64,000 nucleotides of DNA from Eledone cirrhosa (GCA_964016885.1 OZ024744.1:57040001-57104000); one strand, 5' to 3'; positions 12,117-24,970 are shown, counted from the first letter of the stretch. Numbers and translations are program-made. The notes: generated by a model not told the origin, from the letters alone.

Positions 12117-12791
12117 ATGCCTGCTGAAGGAGAAGAACAACAACAAAAACCGACCGTCAATACGGAGTTTGAGGAAATACGACAAATGATTTCCGCTTTA
12201 AGCCAAGAAATAGCGGAAATAAAATCAAGCGTTCGTGTAGAACCCCACAATGAGGGATCTTACTGGAGTGCCTTGTTAAAAAATCTCCGCATACCTCATG
12301 TTGAACCTAGACGCATTGAGAATGCCACTGAATCTGCAAACCACGAAGTGATTGCCATTGGTGTACCAGAAGACATAGTTGATCTTCAGGCATTTGCTGC
12401 CAGTTCATTCAAAGACCTAGGCTGTGCTCCCGCAAAGGGTGCTCTACGCCTTGGCCGACCAGGCCCGAAACCCAGGTTAATTAGACTGTCGTTTTCAAAC
12501 TCAACTGAGGCACGTTCATACCTTGTAGCCTCTGATAAAGCTAGGCGTAAAAGTCGGATTGCTTTCCGAACACGCCCTAGTCTTCCACCTGATGTCCGCC
12601 CAAAGTTGCGTGCTGCAGCTTCCTTAAACCGCAGTTCGGCAGAACATGAAAGCTTCAGCCTACGAGATGATGGGCAGATATGGAAGTTTGTTAAGGCTGG
12701 CGAATCATGGAAAAGAGACACCAGCTGGTCTGAAAACACTGTACCCACAACAACTGACAATAAAGAAACTGAAAAAACTCTGGGAAACTAA
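12117..12791 (+). CDS. CR1 ORF1 protein (coiled coil plus RRM-like region)
   Basis: Intact ORF from ATG (MPAEGEE...); heptad-like EFEEIRQMISALSQEIAEIKS; IGVPE..RLGR..PRLIRLSF pattern typical of LINE ORF1. Confidence 0.8.
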   Translation: MPAEGEEQQQKPTVNTEFEEIRQMISALSQEIAEIKSSVRVEPHNEGSYWSALLKNLRIPHVEPRRIENATESANHEVIAIGVPEDIVDLQAFAASSFKDLGCAPAKGALRLGRPGPKPRLIRLSFSNSTEARSYLVASDKARRKSRIAFRTRPSLPPDVRPKLRAAASLNRSSAEHESFSLRDDGQIWKFVKAGESWKRDTSWSENTVPTTTDNKETEKTLGN

Positions 12792-15607
12792 ATCAGAACA
12801 ACCTGCCATCCCTGCACATAATCATAGACTGGAATCAAGGTACAAATTGTTGTCCTTGAATGCACGTAGTCTATGCAATAAGATTCATCTTTTTGACTCC
12901 TACGTCAAAAGTATCAACCCTGACTTCATTACAGTCACGGAAACTTGGGCACATCCCTTACTCTGTGATGGGGTTTTCAGCATGACTGGCTACAACCTGT
13001 TTCGTAAAGACTGCATTAATCGTCGTGGTGGTGGTGTAATGGTCTATGTTCGGTCAAATCTGTCGGCAATTCCTTGTGCTGATTTGAACCAATCACAGCA
13101 GGAAGTTTTTTTCTGCGATATACGTATGACCATGTCAACACTGCTACTTGGAATAGTTTACCGTCCCCCAAATTACCATCAGGACACTCAACTTTGTGAT
13201 ATCCTCAGAGCTGCTGCCAGGAAGACAGCCACTTATGTTCTCATTGCAGGAGACTTCAATCACCCTGAGATTGACTGGGAAACCTTTCGTTGGCCGCCAA
13301 GTGCAAATGACTTCCTTGAGCTAGTGCTGGACTCGAGTTGGTCCCAGGTGGTCACCTCCCCAACGAGAGGTGACAACACTTTGGACCTACTCTTCACCAC
13401 TACTCCTGAAATGGTCATTAGTGTTACTGCTGAGGAACCTTTAGGTGACTCTGATCATGCTATGATCATTGCCAATCTATCCCTCATGGGCAGTAACAAG
13501 AACCACAGCCATCTCCAAACTGCTCACTTTGACTGGAATAAAGCAGACTGGAACTGTTACTGCACCGAGTTGCAACGGCCAAACTGGCTTGAGTTCTACG
13601 ACTCTGGAGATGTCAACACTGTACTCCAGAACAGCCTGAGCTCAATATGGACAGCATGTGCAGCATCGGTGCCACGTAAGCGGAAAAAACATCCCAAAAG
13701 CGCAATTTGGGAGACTGCAGCAATCCGTCTTGCCAGAAAAGGACGGCGCAATGCTGAACGTGAGTACAAACTTCACAAATCAGACATTAATAGGAAGAGG
13801 CGAAATAGATCGTCCAACCACCTCAAACAGGTGACAAAAAAAGGCAGTGCTTCAATTTGAGCAGCGCATAGCAACCAGCCCTGACAGTAAGGTGTTCTGG
13901 AAGTATGTTCACTCAAAGCAGAGGCCTCACTCTCCAGTTGGTCCTCTTCGCAATCCCCACACAAGCCAGGTTACTGACGACCCCAAGGAATGCGCAGAGC
14001 TCATTGCTGAATGCTATGCAGGCATTTTCACTATTGAAGACCAGAGTGTACCATCTCCACCACCTATGACACCGGACTCTATTACAACCATGGAATTTAC
14101 ACCTGCAATGCTGCGACGTCACCTAAAAAATAAACGCAACCATGCCTCTCCTGGTCTTGATGGTGTTACGTACCTGCTTCTTAAACGTGGTGGGTACTTC
14201 CTTCTACACCAGTTATCACGCTTCCAATTCTGTCTGAACAACAGTGCTACTCCAGAACAGTGGAAAACTGCCAGTGTCATTCCTCTGTTCAAAAAGGGTG
14301 ACCGCACATCACCTGTGAACTATCGTCCAGTCAGTCTTACTAGTTGCATCGCCAAACTGATGGAATCCTGTGACAGAGAAACACTTTGGAACTTCTGGAG
14401 CTTTCACAGTCTTATCCAGCCCTCGCAATTTGAATTTATCCCCAACTCCAGCTGCTGTGATCAACTTATAGAGTTTCTTGAGGACATTACCCGGATCACT
14501 GATGGCGGCTCATGGGTGGATGTTGTTTACCTTGACTTTGCGAAGGCCTTCAATTCTGTGCCACACAAAAGGCTTATGGCAAAACTCTCTGCACTGGGTG
14601 TGAAGGATGATCTTTTTAACTGGTTGAAGTCCTTCATACTCAGTTGAAGAGAGGTAGTCACGGTTCTGGGACAGCATTCATCACCATATGAGATGTCATT
14701 TGGTGTACCACAGGGATCTGTTCTTGGACCCCTTTTGTTTGTGGCATATATTAATGACATAGATGCCAACTTAAGGAATGCCACAGTACTAAAGTATGCA
14801 GACGACATCAAGCTGTACCTTGAGATAAAAAGGACAGATCCTGAACACTATAGATCTTGCTTGCAGTCTGACCTGGACACAATGCAACAATGGATCTCAG
14901 ACTGGCAACTCAAGCTAGCTGTGGACAAGTGCACCACCATGCATTTTGGGAGTAAAAACACAGCGTCCACATACTCCCTCCACAGCATTAATATCAAGAA
15001 GTCTTCCTGTGAACGTGACCTGGGCATTACGGTCAGCAGCGATTTGCGTTGGATGAGGCACGTCTCTAAAATTGTCAAGAGGGCCGAGGGTGTCTTAGCA
15101 TCACTCAGCAAGACCTTTGTCAGCCGCTCTCCAGATATCTATTTAAGGCTGTATACAGCTATGGTGCGACCACACTTAGAATTTGCATCACCAGTCTGGA
15201 ACCCCTATCTTGCTCAGAACATTGACCGCCTGGAAACTGTTCAGAGACGTGCAACCAAGCAAATACCCTCCATCACGCATCTACCATACTCTGAGCGCCT
15301 TGCTTCCATGGGCATGGATTCATTGAAGCTCCAACGCCTGGCAACTGACTTGGTAAACACCCACAAAATTGTTAACCATGTTGCCAACAACAACCTTGAG
15401 TACCTTTTTGATTTCCATGTGTCTAACACACGTGGACATGCCCACAAAGTAAGAAAACAGCACAGTTCCCATGACTCTCGGAAAGATTTTTTCACGCTCA
15501 GAGTTGCTGAAGCATGGAACAAACTACCTGCATCAGTTGTTAGCTGTCGAGACACTGCATCCTTTAAGGCCTCCATGCTTCCTGAGATCCGCCAACACTA
15601 CAGCTAA
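12790..15607 (+). pseudogene. CR1 ORF2 (apurinic endonuclease plus reverse transcriptase), broken
   Basis: Frameshift near the A-run at 13836-13842; TGA at 14645-14647 where the sister copy has CGA. Confidence 0.92.
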
Positions 15608-15850
15608 CACATACACACATGTACTTCCCTGACATTTGTGTATTATTCTATGTACTATACATACACCTTTGACGAGTTGTAGTGCACCTGAGCACTTTAC
15701 ACAATAATTTCATTATTATGTGTATATCATGACTCATGCACTGTTCATTTTCCTAATGTTTGTACATTACCCTATGTACTATACATACACTTTTTGATGA
15801 GTTGTAGTGCACCTGAGCACTGTACACAATATTTCATTATTATTATTATT

Positions 15851-15985
15851 ATCATCATTTTACGTGTGCTTTCCCTTGCTTGCAAGGGTAGGGTGGGTTC
15901 TCTTCAGCACAACATCTCTCCATTTGTCACGGCCTTTCGTCATCTCCTCTGCGAGCTTCAGCGATCCGATGTCAAGACATACTGC
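15851..15985 (-). mobile_element. RTE 3' end fragment, tail-to-tail with the CR1
   Basis: Reverse complement aligns with 5765-5887 (GCTGAAGCTC...CCCTTGCAAGCA..GGAAAGC..ACGTAAAATGATGAT). Confidence 0.85.
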
Positions 15986-16508
15986 CGTAAATAAATCGTT
16001 GAGATGGAATATACTTTATTTATATCAGTAAAATTGCAGATTTTATTAAATACTGTATTTCCCAATGCCGAAGACATTATTTTGTAAAATTTACCCTGCA
16101 TCTTATAGGCTGAAGATTACATTAGTCATTTTATGATAAAGTTTCTTTTCAAAATTTAGTAACACAAAATAGCGGTGTGTATCCACAACATGAAAGTATA
16201 TTTGCCACTGGGAAATATGGTTTGTTGGATTAAATAGAATTATTCTGTTCTCCTTTACAATTTTAGTTTGCAAGCAATAAAATTCAGTGTTGATAAAAAA
16301 GTTTCATTTTGCAGTAGCATGAAATGATTCTTGATTTATATTAATACAAAAAATAAAAGTTTATCCAAGTGTAAGATTTTAAACAATAAATTCCTAAACG
16401 AATGAAGCAAAAAAACATTTATTTTATTGAAAAACATTTTATTCTATACTAAACATAATAAAAATCCATTAAAGTAATTAAAAAATAAGCTATTTCCATA
16501 GCCTTGTA

Positions 16509-17728
16509 CAGGGTGCAGAAAAAATACCTCCCATATTTTAAGGCTTGAAAAAAGACCAAGGTACCTGTTATTAAAAAAAATATTCCATTATCGTTAAAAT
16601 GAAGGGATACAGTTTGTTTTCATTTGGTTTTGAAAATGGTGACCTCTATTCGCAATCTACCGTGGTTGATTTTTAAAGTTTTGCATCACCTGATGAGTCA
16701 TTTTCCAGCGGTATATCTGCCACTGTTTATATAGCAACATTGTCAATAGTTGCTGTTCAATGTTTGTAGACTTCAGCTTTCTTCTAACTCCAGAGAAAAT
16801 AATCACAAGGTGCGAGATCGGGCAGGCATGCAGGCCATTCAATGCCACCATATAAGGAAATCAAGTGTACTGGGAACATCTTCTCATTGTGTGTGCGGTG
16901 GTTCCATCCTGTCAAAACCACACATCCAGATCCCCAAGATATGAGTTTCGGCTCCAGAAAGTTGATCATCTTTACATACTGGTCAGATGTTACTGTTGCT
17001 GCTTGTCTTCCTTCTCAAAAAAGTAATGACCCTAAACACCAAATTTCGCCACTGTGCACCCAATAGTCACTCGCTGTCTAAGGTTGGTTTCCACCCATTA
17101 GCAAAATTCTGCTTATTGACACAGCTAGATAGATGAAAGTGAGCCTCGTCACTTGTGAGAAGAACAGCATTTGCGTGAACACTCTGCAGGATATCCTCAC
17201 AAGATACCAAGTGTTTTGCCAGTCACTTTCATGCAGTTCTGGAACAACCAATTTTTATGGATGGAACTTGGTATTGGTGTGTAACATCCTCCTGGCAGTT
17301 TGATAAGACTGCCATAAAGCTGAAGCAGGTTTACAAGCTGAACGTGTAGGAGATTGCAAAACAGACTATCTCACAGCCTGGGCATTTTCTGGAGTTCAAA
17401 CATTCTGAAGTCTTCCAAGCACCTTTCTCTTTAACATTGAATCTGTGACCTTGAAAACCCATAGCAGTATGGATTTTCAATCAGGAACAAAGAGCATCAT
17501 TCCGATGTAACTTGAAGAGAGTACAAAAAGCTTTCTGCATTGCAATTACAGATTCACCATTCTTGATAAACCTTTCAACAGCAAATACAGTGTGCACTGG
17601 TCCATGCTGTGATGGTAACTGAAAAGAAAATGGCAAGAGATTAGTTAGACGAAGACACTGTTACCACCTGCCTAACTTCACTAGCGCCAAACCAGTGACC
17701 ATGTAAAAGCTATTTCTGCTGCACTCTG
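16509..17728 (-). mobile_element. Decayed Tc1/mariner transposon, rosa(DD41D)/maT-like
   Basis: TA-CAGGGTGCAGAAAAAATA ... TATTTCTGCTGCACTCTG-TA TIRs; minus-strand remnants SDEAHFHL, NKQN and WP...PDLAPCDYFLW. The subfamily call is inference. Confidence 0.85.
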
Positions 17729-17749
17729 TATAATCATTGTTGAATTTTT

Positions 17750-19230
17750 TTATTCACCTTGGTCTCCAAAATATTTCCAATCTGTTCCATCTTCAAAAAG
17801 TTTATTGGACTCACTTCCAATGTCTTGGCGGTAATAGAGACAGCCATTAACGATGATGTTCCCTAACTTGAACCTATCTTTCCTAAATGATCACCAATAT
17901 GGCTTCTATAAAGCTGGAGATCCACTCTGTCACCCACCAAATTCTGTGAAAACAATTGCTCTTGGCAGCACAACTTACAACCATGTTTGGCATTCAAATC
18001 TCCTCTTAAAACAACTCACTTATGGGTTTCTTTCATAACTCACTTATGGGTTTCTTTCATATATCATCTCTTGGATCAATAACTTCCTCTCAAATCACAC
18101 TATTGCAGTGAGTGCTGATTGTATTCTGTCACACACTTTATTAACTCTGGTGTGTCCTATGGTTCATGTTTTGTCCCTCATACTTTAGCTTCTCTACATC
18201 AATAACCTACAAGCTATCAAGTCCAACAATAGCCACACTTATGCACATAATACAACTTTTCATTCATTATAATCCTGCTGAGGTTGACTTTGCCTTTCAT
18301 CCTTACGGGGTCGATAAAATAAAGTACCAGTAATACACTGGGTAATTGCTGGCTTTGTGCCTAAAGTAGCTAAGTTCAAATCCCGCTGAGGTTGACTTTG
18401 CCTTTCATCCTTACGGGGTCGATAAAATAAAGTACCAGTAATGCACTGGGTAATTGCTGGCCTTGTGCCAAAAGTAGAAACAATTATTAACCACATGTAA
18501 TCTTAATACCTCACATCAAGCCTGCACTGAATCCATCAAAAGCATCTCCAAGCTTGTTTCTTTCAACAGAAAAAAAAGAAAAGAAAATTCAACCATTGCT
18601 TATCTCAAGAAAACATCATCACATCTCACCCTTCTTAAGCATGAGTAGCATGCAACTAACACCTTCAGTCACTCTAAATGTTGAACCTATTAATCACCAT
18701 GGATTCCTTATGGTGTACACACCTTAATATAGCTTGGATCACATCCCAAGGACTTGCCCTTCTCTTCAAAGCCAGAAAATACTTCAACCCCCTGCAATTG
18801 ACACCTTACAAAGTTTGAGTGAGACCAACAATAGATTATTGTTCCTACATCACAGCTATTGCCCACACTGGCATTCTAAGCCACATCAAGAAAAAAAGCC
18901 TCTTAGCTAATTAGTTTAAACTCAACACATTTTTAATTACCAGTGTCAGGTCTACATATGTGCTGTCTTTTTTTGCCTCTTTTACCTTACTCAAATGGTC
19001 TCTGCTCCTTGGAGCTTATTAGTTTCATCCCACTTCCACTCAGGTACTCTTGATTCACTCCTCTCCTTTCTCACCACCCATGTATCCAACATGAACATTC
19101 CTGACTCCATACTAACCAAATACACCCAGTCCTCCTTGCTCCAAACATTGATCCTTTAGACCTTTCCCCTTGTTCATTGTCCTTCCAAAATGGTGGATTT
19201 GCATCAATCTTAACAGAACATCAATGGCAT
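17750..19230 (+). mobile_element. Highly decayed non-LTR RT remnant interrupted by a SINE duplication
   Basis: Residual NDHQYGF, VWH..LL and SGV.YGS-like segments with many stops and frameshifts. Confidence 0.6.
18271..18480 (+). repeat. 108-bp tandem duplication of a SINE body (GCCTTTCATCC..GGGGTCGATAAAATAAAGTACCAG family)
   Basis: Two near-identical units at 18271 and 18379. Other family copies near 740, 8000, 9560, 27700, 43920, 52360, 55760, 56060 and 59330. The core resembles the Meta-type SINE domain (from memory, unverified). Confidence 0.85.
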
Positions 19231-20027
19231 TGATCTATTCAATTCCAGAGGGCCTTCCTCAAGATCTACTGATTATTTTAAAAAAAGTACTTAAACTGAC
19301 ATTTAATACTGCATAATTTATAAGAAAATGGACAAGATCAAAAGGACGTCCAAGTACAAGATGGCGAGATGACCTTACCAACCACCTGGAACCCTCATAT
19401 CTAAGACTGGCAAGGGACAGAAGTCAGTGGAAGGATTCCAGGGAGGGGCTGCTCCTCTGTGAGTGATTTCAAGACCCTGGATCAAGTGGATCAAGAATTT
19501 AGAATGAGATACAATATAAAATATATAATGGAAAACTGATATTTTAATGTTTTATTGAATCCACAATCTGTGAAATATTATTGGATTTTTAGTGTTTTCC
19601 TGGTTTCAGTCATTATACTATAGCTATGCTGGGGTAACACTTTCATTGATATTAAATCAATCATATTGATCCCAATGCCCCCCCCCCCCCCCCTCCTCCC
19701 CCCATTCTTGTACTTATTTTATCAGTCTTTTTATCAAACTGCTAAGTTGCAAGAAATAAACACACACATGCACATGATGGGTTTTTACAGTTTCTGTTTA
19801 CCAAATTTCACTCACAAGGTATTTGTCAACCTGGGGCTACAATTTCTGAAAATGCTACACAGTGGAACTGAACCCAAAAAGCACATGGTTGCAAAGCAAA
19901 CTCCTTAACCACATAGCCATGCATGTTCATTTAAAATTAACAAGTTGCTTCACTTGAAGCCTATAATTAGATACTCAAGTTTCCATATTTTTTAATGATT
20001 TTATTTATATCTATAATTTTCTTCCAG

Positions 20028-20129
20028 AACTATCCACGGTTTGATATATAATGCATTAAAATTGTTCATGGAAATTAATCAGAAATTATTTGATGAGTGT
20101 ACTATCCAATATAAGGCAGAGCGACAGAA
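20028..20129 (+). CDS. PPP2R5D: PP2A B56 exon: [33 protein letters not shown](K)
   Basis: ttccag/ and /gtaagt; 102 nt; conserved gamma/delta-type peptide. Confidence 0.97.
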
Positions 20130-20399
20130 GTAAGTATATTTTCCATATAGTTGACGCTTTCATTACCATATTTCTGATAAAAGCCACTGTCTATTGTTTT
20201 CAAATAAAAACCAAGAATTTGGAGGGATTATTAAGCTGATGATTGGAACATAACTTAAAGGTTTTTATATACCATTATGATGAAAGGTTTCTAGAAAAAT
20301 ATAAACACTAACTCTTTCATTACCATATTTGTAATGAAATATACTGCCTAGGATTTTCAATTAGTTTTGAAAATAATCAGAAATTTGGTGAGGAGGATG

Positions 20400-20893
20400 A
20401 CTTTGGACATTCTGCAGGACTAAAAACAAAACCTGTCAAAGGGCAAAGGAGCTCTTAAGAGTCAATGACCATCCAAAATCACCGGGAGAGATGACCCCTT
20501 AGCCTTTGTCAAGGCAGAATTCTAGGAGAAGGAAAACTCTGATATAACACCTGCAACTCTGATGGTATCCAATGATGTTGACTTGTTCTTCTTTTTGGTA
20601 AATATCATCTTGGTTAAGAGAGTGGGACTGGTTTTGTGTAGTGCCTTTGCTCACTATAAAAGCTTCACGGCACAGGCATTGCTTTATATCTGGAGATCTC
20701 TCTGCACTTGTCGTCACATGGTACCATGGGCCCAGCACTATGTGTCAATAATTGTCACAAGTGTAGTGTTTGTACCAGAGTTTTCAAGTCGCTGGCTGGA
20801 CTAAAAAGTCACACTCGTTCAGCGCATCGGTAGGGGTTCTCCTACATGGATATAAAGTAGTGGCCGTACTCGAAAACGAGTTGGCAGCCACCA
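20400..20893 (+). mobile_element. Short non-autonomous RTE-like element (5' UTR-like part joined to a C2H2-encoding 3' end)
   Basis: GGAGAAGGAAAACTCTGAT motif; CSVC-x12-H-x4-H at 20762-20827; a diverged homolog at about 37900-38333. Confidence 0.6.
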
Positions 20894-21034
20894 TATATGT
20901 GTGTATATATATGTATATATGTGTGTATGTATATATATGTGTGTATGTATATATGTGTGTATATATATATGAGTGTATATATGAATATATGTATATATAT
21001 ATATGTGTGTGGGTATATATGTATATATATATAT

Positions 21035-21255
21035 CGACAGTCGATCGACTTTCGTCAAATCGGACCGAGGAAATAATGTTTCCGTTGGTCTTTCCAATTG
21101 CTAATACTATCTATCGGTCGCAACTCCAGGTAGAAGGAGCAACGTGAAATAAAGTGTCTTGCTCAAGGACATAACGCATCGCCCGGTTCGGGAATCGAAC
21201 GCACGACCCCACGATTGTGAATCCAATTCTCTAACCACTCAGCCACACGCCTTCA
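21035..21255 (-). mobile_element. tRNA-derived SINE (V-domain-like), copy 1
   Basis: Minus strand has A box TGGCTGAGTGG, B box GTTCGATTCC, then TCCTTGAGCAAGACACTTTATTTCAC. Sister copies at 32161-32375 and 47783-47993; related heads at 48430-48570 and 53875-54000. Confidence 0.9.
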
Positions 21256-21378
21256 CCAATATATATATATATATATGTGTGTATATATGTATATATATAT
21301 ATGTATATATGTATGTATATATATATATATAGAGATAGATAAATATACACGGGTGTGTATGATTGTGTATAGAAGATT

Positions 21379-21739
21379 ATATTAATAAAAGGAATTCCAA
21401 CTTTGTCTGATTTACTCGTTTTATTTACAATCCTTCAAAATTTATAATGGTATTAGAATGAAATAGTATGGTAGAATAGTCGCTGGCTGGACTAAAAAGT
21501 CACACTCGTTCAGCGCATCGGTAGGCGTTCTCCTACATGGATATAAAGTGGTGGCCATACTCGAAAACGAGTTGGCAGCCACCACATATGTGTGTATATA
21601 TATATGTATATATGTGTGTATGTATATGTGTGTATATATGAATATATTGTATTCTACCATTCTAATACTATTATAAATTTTAAAGGATTGTAAATAAAAC
21701 GAGTAAATCAGACAAAGTTGAAATTCCTTTTATTAATAT
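21379..21739. repeat. Foldback: 90-100-bp inverted arms around a copy of nearby DNA
   Basis: 21379-21478 is the reverse complement of 21650-21739; the centre duplicates 20788 onward. Confidence 0.92.
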
Positions 21740-22195
21740 GTATATATATATGTGTGTATATATATGTATATGTGTGTATATATATGTATATATGTGTATA
21801 TATATATGTATGTATATATATATATATGTATATATGTGTATATATATATATGTATGTATATATGTATGTATATATGTGTATATATATATGTGTGTATATA
21901 TGTGTATATATATATGTATGTATATATGTATGTATATATGTGTATATATATATGTGTGTATATATGTGTATATATATATGTGTATATATGTATTTATGTG
22001 TGTATATATATGTGTATATATATATGTATATGTGTGTATATATGTATATACATGTGTGTATATATGTATATATATATGTGTATATATGTGTATATATATG
22101 TGTGTATATTTATGTATATGTGTGTATATATATATGTATATATATGTGTGTATATATGTGTGTGTATATATGTATGTATATATATATGTGTGTGT
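21740..22195. repeat. TA/TG compound microsatellite
   Basis: Low-complexity sequence read directly. Confidence 0.97.
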
Positions 22196-23396
22196 TATCA
22201 ACTATAATAATAGCGAGTGTGTGTTTTTATTTATATATTTGTTCATCACTCACTGAAAGGGAGATGACTGAGGAAGGAATGGGTTTGTGATAAAACTATA
22301 GAAAACAGTGACCAGTGTTCTAAGATTTACTACACTTGTGTGTGTATATGTGTGTTTATATTTTATATATTCATACATATAAATCTATACATATGCACAC
22401 CAAGATATTATTATGATTATCTATGTTAGTTGCAGATAGTTTTTTTTCATGAAAGATTTTTGACGGCACAGGGCCAGCTAGTATACATATGTTTTTAAAA
22501 AAAGCCTGCATAGGTGTTTTCCTATCATTAACAGCCAATTTTTTTAAAATTTAAACTAAAACTTTAAAATATTTTTATTTCAAAACAGTAATAAACTAAT
22601 TATAGTTGGGATTCTGGAAGCCAGAACATTTTCTGTTTCCAAAAGTGACTTGAATACCTTGTTGTTGTCTCCAACCTGCTCTCTCCAAATAAATTAGGCA
22701 ACTATGACTCTGCGATGATATACAGTTCCTTGCTGACATTTGTTGTGCTGAGCACTTCAGTCTTGAAGGAAGGCCAATTATCTCACTAAATTGTAGAGCC
22801 TTTTTCTATTTTCTAAATTGACATTCATCAATGTCCCTTCACTATGATCATCAACTTTTAACAAAAAAAAACACTTGTGCATCTCCTGACAGTCCTCCAA
22901 AGATCCACTGATTAGAAAGCACTCAACCAGTAGTGTTCTTATGCTTAGTGAACTATATCTCAACAATTTCAACAATTAATCCTTTGCCTCTGCTTCTGTT
23001 TCTTGGCTGTTTGATCAGGTATTCCGTGCAGACTTCTCATATGTATTTGTTTGAGTTGATGGTTGTGTTTTTGTTTATGGCCTAATTCCTCTTCACAAAA
23101 CTTGATCAACAACATTGGCACATTGGCCCAGCAATAGAAGCTAAGAGCTGTCACAAAAGCATGCGACTGTCATTGAACAAATTTCTGGTCTGTATGTTGA
23201 CTTGCTTTCGACAAGTTAACTTCCTGCAATTCCACAAGATATACACATGCTGAAGTACAGCTTCATTGCATCACCTTTTTGATGCAATTGGTTAGCTGGC
23301 AGTATACCTTAGTATCATTTCCAGTATGAAAAGAATGAAAATAAATAAATTTGGTTGTTGATACATAATCTTATTACATGCAGGGATGTATATATT

Positions 23397-23428
<32 letters not shown>

Positions 23429-24057
23429 TAATGTGTGTGTGTGTTCAAAAAGTTGAGAATATACTATATATAGCCAAGAATATTTAAAAGTCCAATGTGA
23501 TTTTACCCTTGAGAACATGAAGGATAATAAACATGTAAGTCAATTAAATGATCTAATAATAATCCTTGACTTATTATTTTTGTGTCTGTGATAGGCTTTG
23601 TATAGTTTGTCTATCAAATTCATTCACAAGGCATTGGTCAGCCTACTATAGTAGAAGACACTTGCTTGATGTGCATCATTAATTTCTTTACTTTATTGCA
23701 AACTTTCATGATCTGTCCACTAGTAAAATTACTATAAACATTTGAATTAACTCCTTAATATCATGTATCTCATGAAACTTAACTCCTGTATCTCATGAAA
23801 CTGAATTAACATGGCATTCTTGAAATGTACAAAACACTGACTGTATCATTAAAAATTAGTCTTTACTCCATGATTGCGAATATTCACAATGGCCATTAAT
23901 AACACTAAGCATTATGATTAAAAACTTGTTTTTAGATATTTTCTACTAAATCATTATGAGTTAAAAATTAGATAATTCAAATGATCTTCCATAAGTTGTT
24001 ACTGTTTTATTTTTGAAATTTCCGTTTTATTGAAAGTATTGTACATTGAATTTTCAG

Positions 24058-24130
24058 AGAAAAAGAACGAAATAAACAAAGAGATGATGCCTGGAACACA
24101 TTGCAAAATTTAGCCATGACAAATCCCAAG
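24058..24130 (+). CDS. PPP2R5D: PP2A B56 exon: EKERNKQRDDAWNTLQNLAMTNPK
   Basis: tttcag/ and /gtaaat; 73 nt; phase fits; resembles the vertebrate EREEAW..IENLA..NPQ segment. Confidence 0.93.
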
Positions 24131-24779
24131 GTAAATTCTTAATTTTCATTAGTTTGCTGTATAATTTCCATGTTATGATTTTTAACTCTGTTGTTGCCAT
24201 ATTTCAAATGAAATACACTATTATTTCAGAGGGGGCTGTGGTTTGCTTGAAATATTGTGTAAAGTGTAGAAAATAGCTGACATCCGAAAAAAGCTAGAAG
24301 TAAAATCAGAAATACTCACTCTAATAAAAAGGGGCAGGTTAAACTGCTTTGGGCATGACATAAGGAGAAAAAATGGTAGCTATGTTAGAAAGTCCTATGA
24401 ATGTGAATTTACTGGGGAAAGGCCACTGGGCAGACCTCCCAAAAGATGGAAGGATCAAATGTTTTTATGAGACTGGAAAGGATTGTACTGGGCAGGAAGA
24501 AGTAGGACTTGAAGTGATCAATGTTTTAAAATGATTATGAAAACCACCTTTCAAAGTTGTTATTCAGGGCTTTGTGTACTGAAATGTAAACTAAGAAATA
24601 AGGACATGCAAACAATTGAGATGTTAGTAGTATATCTTTATTATCTCCCTTATCTCACAATCCCTGTTTCCTCTTTCTATCTCTCTTATATAACAGAGAA
24701 ATGATAATGATGCTCTGTCTGTGTGTGTAAACACACATTCTATAACACATTTATATAACATTTATGTATGTGCATGCAC

Positions 24780-24970
24780 ACACGCACACACGGCCAGCCA
24801 CACGCACACGACAGCTACACACACGCACACAGCTACACATACACATACAGCTACACACACACACACACATACATACAGCTACACACACATACATACAGCT
24901 ACACACACACATACATACAGCTACACACATACACACATACATACAGCTACACACACACACAGCTACACAT
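24780..24970. repeat. CA-rich minisatellite with recurring CAGCTACAC core
   Basis: CAGCTACACA occurs about seven times with variable CA/TA spacers. Confidence 0.9.

Larger units (their letters stand above)
11877..15850 (+). mobile_element. Near full-length CR1-clade LINE (5' UTR, ORF1, APE-RT ORF2, doubled 3' tail), inactivated
   Basis: ORF1 plus ORF2 motifs NARSL, VTETW, GGGV, YRPP, GDFN, LDL, SDH, YLDFAKAF, GVPQGSVLGP, YADD, ERDLG, VQRRAT, TRGH. The 5' boundary is approximate, taken where a SINE is interrupted. Confidence 0.92.

Noticed and set aside
19320-19495. Short RGRP..RW.DDL coding-like pieces (also 24340-24460)
   Set aside because: Small decayed RTE 3' ends, not host exons.
21180-21255. 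tRNA-like sequence on the minus strand
   Set aside because: It is the head of a multi-copy SINE that continues into a conserved body; not supported as a tRNA gene.
22620-23310. Higher-complexity stretch that may be an old transposase remnant (also 27850-28330 and 40130-40360)
   Set aside because: No motif, TIR or TSD that I could identify with confidence.
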